Source of the DNA: a virus
IMG/VR virus record: IMGVR_UViG_3300025401_000028
Coordinates: 3,979-67,978 of that record
Reading direction: 5' to 3' (one strand)
DNA: 64,000 nucleotides
This document shows positions 59,449-64,000 of the stretch, piece after piece. The notes beneath the pieces are model-generated. The model had not been told where the DNA came from. It saw only the letters and a list, made by a program, of their open reading frames with translations, and ran no database searches. Each line of letters opens with the position of its first letter. Position 1 is the first letter of the stretch. A program made the translations under genes and the position numbers.

Positions 59449-59756
59449 TATGCAACCTCCTTCAAATCCATAGCCTGTACCGACTCAACATACCTCAATG
59501 CTGTATAGGCTGAAACACTAGCACGAACCATACGACCTTCGGCAGTAGGGAATGCTGTCAGATGAAACCCACCAGTCGAGAGGCTGATATCTGAATCCAT
59601 TTTATATGCCAGTGACTCCATCCAATAACGGAGACCTTGCCAATCATCGAACATGTCATGCACGGATGGGTTCATGGCATATACTGCTTTGGCAGTGCGT
59701 TCGAAATCGTAGTTGTCAATCCTAATCATATCGTTTCCTTTTTCGTTAATCATCAT
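59448..59756 (-). CDS. Hypothetical early protein
   Basis: First gene after a promoter cassette; possible starts at the +1 ATG or the SD-led ATG at 59729. Confidence 0.65.
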   Translation of the reverse strand: MMINEKGNDMIRIDNYDFERTAKAVYAMNPSVHDMFDDWQGLRYWMESLAYKMDSDISLSTGGFHLTAFPTAEGRMVRASVSAYTALRYVESVQAMDLKEVA

Positions 59757-59818
59757 ATTATCAGTATAGCCCACATTTGTTATAAAGTCAAGGAAAAAAG
59801 ACGATTGAAATCATTGAG
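59750..59818 (-). promoter_or_regulatory. Repeated early promoter cassette TTGACT-17-TATACT
   Basis: Core identical to the cassette at about 61230-61273. Confidence 0.85.
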
Positions 59819-59975
59819 TTTTTTCTAGCAGAATTCTGTGATGTCGAGTTAGATTCGCGATGAAATTGACCGGAATATTCTTCTCGGTCACATTGTGGAA
59901 TAGTCCAGACAGATACAGCCTGTAGTCCAGATTCTTCGCCCGACAATAGGCTGACACGAGTGGAAGGAGCTCCAT
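59811..59975 (-). CDS. Hypothetical 54-aa protein (not in ORF track)
   Basis: MELLPLVSAYCRAKNLDYRLY..*; TAATG coupling. Confidence 0.5.
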   Translation of the reverse strand: MELLPLVSAYCRAKNLDYRLYLSGLFHNVTEKNIPVNFIANLTRHHRILLEKTQ

Positions 59976-60436
59976 TAGACGAGCCCCAACTCTTTGTGGA
60001 GGAACTTCGGCACAAACGACCGTGCGTCCTCAGCTTCCAGTGCAGCCTCGAAGTCTGCCATTTCTTTAAGACGCTTCATGTCTGCAGTAGATGCATCATG
60101 CTTCGGCTTACCTAGATTACCACCAACGAATTTCATTAGGTTGAGATTCTTTTCCTTGATGGCATCGTTACCACGCTTTGTCAGCTTCTCGGTGCCAGCC
60201 AATAGCTTCTCGATCTGTGTCTTGCCTTTGACTTCTTTTGTCTTGGCTACCTTCACACCACGATCCTTGGCATGTTCTGGCATTCCATAGTGCTTGAACG
60301 AACGCTTCGCACGAGCAAGTGTGTATCCTAATCCTTCAGCAATCAGCTGGCAGACTTCAATATCGGGCTTACCTTCATTGGCTTTCATGATAGAAAGGAT
60401 GTGTGCTTTCTTCGAGCCCCAAACTTGTGTAACCAT
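59975..60436 (-). CDS. Hypothetical basic early protein
   Basis: AAGGA RBS before MVTQVWGSKK; downstream of a promoter. Confidence 0.7.
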   Translation of the reverse strand: MVTQVWGSKKAHILSIMKANEGKPDIEVCQLIAEGLGYTLARAKRSFKHYGMPEHAKDRGVKVAKTKEVKGKTQIEKLLAGTEKLTKRGNDAIKEKNLNLMKFVGGNLGKPKHDASTADMKRLKEMADFEAALEAEDARSFVPKFLHKELGLV

Positions 60437-60466
60437 TTCCGTATTCCTTTTCCTGTTCACAATATG

Positions 60467-60495
60467 ATTATAACGTAGATGCTGTTGTAAGTCAA
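60467..60495 (-). promoter_or_regulatory. Early sigma70 promoter TTGACT-17-TATAAT
   Basis: Near-consensus -35 and -10 elements. Confidence 0.8.
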
Positions 60496-60503
60496 GCACA
60501 ATC

Positions 60504-60821
60504 TTATGCAGCTTCCAACATATCGAGTGGGACGTTGTAGGAGATTGTGTTGGGAACTCGACGCATCTTGGAGTCATATGCAACACCTGAGACGTTACAT
60601 TCCACGACAGCTTTCTTTACCTTCATGGACTTGATGACACCCTGATAGGTAACACCTCGCGAGGAGAACTTCACGTTCTGACCGACATCAAGAGCACGCT
60701 TGGCTTTGCGAGCTAGCTCTGCACGCCGATACTTAATGGCTGCGATAACACGACTAATATCATCATGAGTAGCATCGAGCGAAACGAATTTAAGGGTGGA
60801 GTGAATATCAGTCATTTGCAT
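60504..60821 (-). CDS. Hypothetical protein (SH3/KOW-like C-terminus)
   Basis: LDVGQNVKF..RG..YQG.I...K.KKAVV pattern; start probably MQMTD. Confidence 0.65.
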   Translation of the reverse strand: MQMTDIHSTLKFVSLDATHDDISRVIAAIKYRRAELARKAKRALDVGQNVKFSSRGVTYQGVIKSMKVKKAVVECNVSGVAYDSKMRRVPNTISYNVPLDMLEAA

Positions 60822-61008
60822 TTTCCCATTGTACGGACATAACATAAACATATAGATCGTTCAAAGCTACCTGTGCAGCTCCGACTTTTTCTTTTACCTT
60901 CTCGTAGGCCAAGGCATCGTCGGTCAGCGACCATTCTACCTTCCGCTCGAGTACGTACTGCATTTCCTCGATAGTGGCGAGGACAGCATCGTATTCTAAA
61001 TTTGTCAT
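60808..61008 (-). CDS. Hypothetical protein
   Basis: Coupled ORF. Confidence 0.6.
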   Translation of the reverse strand: MTNLEYDAVLATIEEMQYVLERKVEWSLTDDALAYEKVKEKVGAAQVALNDLYVYVMSVQWENAND

Positions 61009-61236
61009 TCAGTTATCTTTCTTCAGTAGAGTAATTAAGTGCTCGAGAAATTTAATCTCGTCGTCGATGCGAGCGAGCTCCGAATGCATATAGGCACTCT
61101 CCAAGAGCTCGTCCCTAGCCTGTTTTAATGTACCAAGCCGAAAGCTGGTATAGAGCACAGGATCGGCATTCAAGATGTTGCCGATGGCGGCATCAAGTTT
61201 CAAATCGGTCATTCGTAGTTCCTTATTCATCATCAT
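61009..61236 (-). CDS. Hypothetical early protein
   Basis: First gene after a promoter cassette; AAGGA RBS before MTDLK. Confidence 0.65.
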   Translation of the reverse strand: MMMNKELRMTDLKLDAAIGNILNADPVLYTSFRLGTLKQARDELLESAYMHSELARIDDEIKFLEHLITLLKKDN

Positions 61237-61328
61237 ATTATCAGTATAGCCCACATTTGTTATAAAGTCAAGGAGAATCTTCCGTTGAAATCGTTGAGGA
61301 ATTTCCTAAGTCCTTGAAATGATTGAAG
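61230..61328 (-). promoter_or_regulatory. Repeated early promoter cassette TTGACT-17-TATACT with upstream TTGA-N5-TTGA boxes
   Basis: -35 at 61266-61271, -10 at 61243-61248. Confidence 0.85.
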
Positions 61329-61348
61329 AACAAAGTTTCATCAATGGG

Positions 61349-61783
61349 TTAGCAGTCGGCGTCGTAATCGTGCCACTCCTGATACTCGGTCGGACCATGG
61401 TCATAGCCATCGTCCATATCCGTTTCCTCATCCTGAGCTTTCGTTTCGATTACTATTGCACCGAAGTGAAGATCGCCACCATCTTCGAAGACAGCGAAAT
61501 CTGAATTAAAATCAAACGTGCGACCCATTGCTTCTTGCATATCTGGACCATCCCACTTCATGATACCGATAGTACCAGAGTCGACCCAATATGAATTGTG
61601 GTCGAGATCGTAATACGTACCATCGCCATAGGCAGTGTCCAAGATGACATACTGACGTCCATCAGACAGTTTATGAACCTTGCCATCGATATTGTCAATC
61701 ATCTCGTCCCAGAGCTGATTATCGCGATAGCAGAGATCACCGATAAGATATTTACCAGCAGGTAGTGTAATTGTATTAATCAT
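61349..61783 (-). CDS. Conserved phage hypothetical protein
   Basis: LPAGKYLIGDLCY...TAYGDG.Y...VDSGTIG motif; GAGGAG RBS. Confidence 0.75.
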   Translation of the reverse strand: MINTITLPAGKYLIGDLCYRDNQLWDEMIDNIDGKVHKLSDGRQYVILDTAYGDGTYYDLDHNSYWVDSGTIGIMKWDGPDMQEAMGRTFDFNSDFAVFEDGGDLHFGAIVIETKAQDEETDMDDGYDHGPTEYQEWHDYDADC

Positions 61784-62057
61784 AGAACTTCTCCTCACGA
61801 GCTTCATCAATTAATTCCCAACAGGCAGCGAACAGATCGCCATCCTGATATAACTGCCACACATGACCGTGCTGATCTGTGTAACGAGCAGTCGAGATCA
61901 CATCATCCCAAGCTTCCCAATAGTGCTCATGATCGGGACCACTCCTAAGAATCGTACGATCCTCTTCTGAGATGCCCTCCCACTCGTATCCATCAGCGAA
62001 GATCTTCGGGATATAGATGCCCATCGCATCTGTTATAATAAGATCCATACCACGCAT
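61776..62057 (-). CDS. Hypothetical protein
   Basis: GIYIP..FA...GPDHE.YWEAW...LYQDGDLF; TAATG coupling. Confidence 0.7.
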   Translation of the reverse strand: MRGMDLIITDAMGIYIPKIFADGYEWEGISEEDRTILRSGPDHEHYWEAWDDVISTARYTDQHGHVWQLYQDGDLFAACWELIDEAREEKFYD

Positions 62058-62188
62058 TATTTCTTCTCCATTACAAATTCCAATATGGCGCACATAGCGA
62101 GTACGCCGAAGCCCACCTCGATCCAGGGAGCATATACAAAGAACACGACATCAAGACCGTGACCGAGGCGAGTAACCGTATCTAACAT
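62057..62188 (-). CDS. Small membrane protein (not in ORF track)
   Basis: MLDTVTRLGHGLDVVFFVYAPWIEVGFGVLAMCAILEFVMEKK*; AAGGA RBS after a promoter cassette. Confidence 0.6.
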   Translation of the reverse strand: MLDTVTRLGHGLDVVFFVYAPWIEVGFGVLAMCAILEFVMEKK

Positions 62189-62273
62189 TTTTGTTTCCTT
62201 ATCAAATATCATATTATCATCATACCTGACTTTTGTTATAAAGTCAAGGAAAAAAGACGATTGAAATCATTGA
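62186..62273 (-). promoter_or_regulatory. Repeated early promoter cassette TTGACT-17-TATGAT
   Basis: -35 at 62242-62247; leader nearly identical to 62602-62637. Confidence 0.85.
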
Positions 62274-62629
62274 CCAAATTCGTTCCGGCAGACTTTGCGG
62301 GAATATTCACGACCATAGACGTCCTGAATGAGCACCCAGCGGCATCGCGTAACGTATTGATCTTCATCATACATCGGGTCGTTATACATTGGCGCTGGCA
62401 TATACTGGCGCTGTGGATACTGGCGTTGCTGATTAAGCATACCGCCGAGAATCATGCCGCCGATTAAACCACCGATCAGCGCACCTCCATTATCGCTCTG
62501 ACCGCCATTAAACTGGCGATGGTGATAGCGTTCACCACCCTCGGCGTGGGCGGCAGAGACGGTTACCGAGAGAGCGAGAGTAGCGGCGATTAGAGTCTTA
62601 AACATTTTTGTTTCCTTATCAAACATCAT
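62267..62629 (-). CDS. Putative exported protein with signal peptide and Gly-zipper
   Basis: MFKTLIAATLALSVTVSAAHA (AxA cleavage site), then GALIGGLIGGMILGGML. Confidence 0.75.
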   Translation of the reverse strand: MMFDKETKMFKTLIAATLALSVTVSAAHAEGGERYHHRQFNGGQSDNGGALIGGLIGGMILGGMLNQQRQYPQRQYMPAPMYNDPMYDEDQYVTRCRWVLIQDVYGREYSRKVCRNEFGQ

Positions 62630-62755
62630 ATTATCATATTAACCTAGAATTTTCAAAAAGTCAAGCAAAAAAGACGATTGAAATCGTTGAGGAATTTCGC
62701 TTCAACCAATTAAGTGTTTGAAATGATTAGGTAATAAAAATTGCTATAGCTGAAA
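62602..62755 (-). promoter_or_regulatory. Repeated early promoter cassette TTGACT-17-TAATAT with upstream repeat boxes
   Basis: -35 at 62659-62664, -10 at 62636-62641. Confidence 0.8.
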
Positions 62756-63124
62756 TTATTTTTTATACCGATCCACATCAGAGGGAAAAAGTGACAAAAA
62801 TCGAGTCATATCCCTAGTCATGTATTCCCAACTATATCCATTGAATAGATATAGATACTCAGCATCAGAATCTTTGAACTCTGCAATCAGTTCTTCCACG
62901 TTATTATGAACTACTGGACGTTCACTTGGGTTGTGTGGAATATACTGTATCTCTGTTTCCAAAGAAGATATATATCCGCACTCAATCAGATCTTCTACTT
63001 TATCGATAGTAGTATAGTGATGGAGCAAAGTATGTCCGACACCTGTAAGATATCCATCGAAGTGCACTCGCATAGCTAATACTTCTGATGTATTATCGAA
63101 GGCGACCATTGATCTTGTAGACAT
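62756..63124 (-). CDS. Conserved phage hypothetical protein
   Basis: MSTRS...H.DGY..GVG..L..HY...EYLYLF...W motif; AAGGA RBS. Confidence 0.75.
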   Translation of the reverse strand: MSTRSMVAFDNTSEVLAMRVHFDGYLTGVGHTLLHHYTTIDKVEDLIECGYISSLETEIQYIPHNPSERPVVHNNVEELIAEFKDSDAEYLYLFNGYSWEYMTRDMTRFLSLFPSDVDRYKK

Positions 63125-63134
63125 TGTATAATCC

Positions 63135-63383
63135 TTAGTTAGTTGTTAAATTAAGTTGACCTCTAGATTCACCATCATCATCGATAAAGTCAATTGCTTC
63201 ACCATCATGGATAATAGTCAATCCTGCGACCTCATCATAGTAAATCATGGGGTCGGCGGAATCACAACCAGAGAACGCATACCAATCGTTTTGGGTGAAT
63301 GGTTTGAAGTCGGCTTTGGCGAGCAGAGCCAACGCTTGGGACATAGTCAACATGGTCATTTTCGTTTCCTTATTCATCATCAT
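63135..63383 (-). CDS. Hypothetical early protein
   Basis: First gene after a promoter cassette. Confidence 0.65.
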   Translation of the reverse strand: MMMNKETKMTMLTMSQALALLAKADFKPFTQNDWYAFSGCDSADPMIYYDEVAGLTIIHDGEAIDFIDDDGESRGQLNLTTN

Positions 63384-63510
63384 ATTATCAGTATAGCGGG
63401 AATTTGTTATAAAGTCAAGCGAAATCTTCCCTTGATATCATTGAAGAATTTCGGTCGTGTCCGATAAGTCATTGATATCACTGGAGAATAAATCTTGCTA
63501 TAGCTGAAAA
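63357..63510 (-). promoter_or_regulatory. Repeated early promoter cassette TTGACT-17-TATACT with IHF-consensus site
   Basis: -35 at 63413-63418, -10 at 63390-63395; TATCAATGACTTA (WATCAANNNNTTR) at 63465-63477. Confidence 0.8.
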
Positions 63511-63583
63511 ATAGTTTTTACATTAACAACCACCGATAAGCCATTGGCACCAGACAGAGCCAGCCAGAGCCACCGATATAACG

Positions 63584-63611
63584 AAAAAAAAGAGCCCATC
63601 ACAGAGCTCTT
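63584..63611 (-). terminator. Rho-independent terminator
   Basis: AAGAGCTC-TGTGAT-GGGCTCTT hairpin running into a T8 tract on the minus strand. Confidence 0.75.
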
Positions 63612-63851
63612 CCTTATCGCGTCGATTAAATTAAATAGGATTTAAATCCCATTACTTTTACTAATGTATTGACTAATCGATTAGATCTATTAATGAGTAG
63701 GTAATTACTATACTATACTATTAACCTATAGAGAGACTAGTATATATTTACAAAGCTAGAGTAATCGATTAGTTTTTTATTATACATCAGTTAGTCTTTA
63801 CATTACTCAGTCAGTTTTAGTTGATTAGCTTATTGGTTTTTGGCTTATTGT

Positions 63852-63998
63852 TTAATCGATAATATTAGGATCAGTACTAACTAACATCAGTTCCATATCT
63901 TTAGTATAGTATCCCATTGCATCAAGCATCATTTTAATATTATCTAGTACATCAGGCAATGGTTTAGCAGTTGCATCAAACGAGTAACTCCAGTTAGT
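63852..63998 (-). CDS. 3' end of a hypothetical protein entering from beyond the window
   Basis: Open frame ..TNWSYSFDATAKPLPDVLDNIKMMLDAMGYY...IID*. Confidence 0.5.
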   Translation of the reverse strand, partial: TNWSYSFDATAKPLPDVLDNIKMMLDAMGYYTKDMELMLVSTDPNIID

Positions 63999-64000
63999 AT

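Noticed and set aside
59788-60015. 75-aa minus-strand ORF from the track
   Set aside because: It overlaps the upstream gene and runs into the promoter; the alternative coupled frame 59811-59975 fits better.
59750-63510. Repeats considered as a CRISPR array or integron attC sites
   Set aside because: Spacing is irregular (0.4-1.5 kb), the units contain -35/-10 promoter boxes, and no cas gene, integrase or attC-like palindrome is present.

Overview
The window is a 64-kb segment of a large lytic T4-like (Tevenvirinae-related) myovirus genome. The host is most likely an alphaproteobacterium, inferred from the permuted tmRNA. Positions 1-45 kb (minus strand) form the late structural block: gp18 5' end, gp17, gp16, gp15, gp14, gp13, many Asn/Ser/Thr/Gly-rich fibre and decoration genes, a split DUF4815/VrlC-like protein, gp8, gp7, gp6, gp25, PAAR, a split gp5, a gp27-like hub, gp53 and gp48. 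Positions 45-50.8 kb (plus strand) carry gp4, gp2, gp54, gp26, a gp51-like frame, a 3TM holin and a tape-measure-like protein with a tail-lysozyme domain. Positions 50.8-54.3 kb carry gp32, gp59, a 2OG-Fe(II) oxygenase inserted between perfect 91-bp repeats, gp33, two tRNAs and a two-piece circularly permuted tmRNA (tag ANDNSLLEMRLAA). Positions 54.3-64 kb are small early genes behind a family of repeated sigma70 promoter cassettes. The highlights are the phage two-piece tmRNA, a probable -1 ribosomal frameshift fusing gp26 to the gp51-like frame, the repeat-bracketed oxygenase cassette at gene 59, and the mosaic promoter cassettes with in-frame start codons at the predicted +1. Product calls rest on motif recognition and synteny only; no database searches were run.
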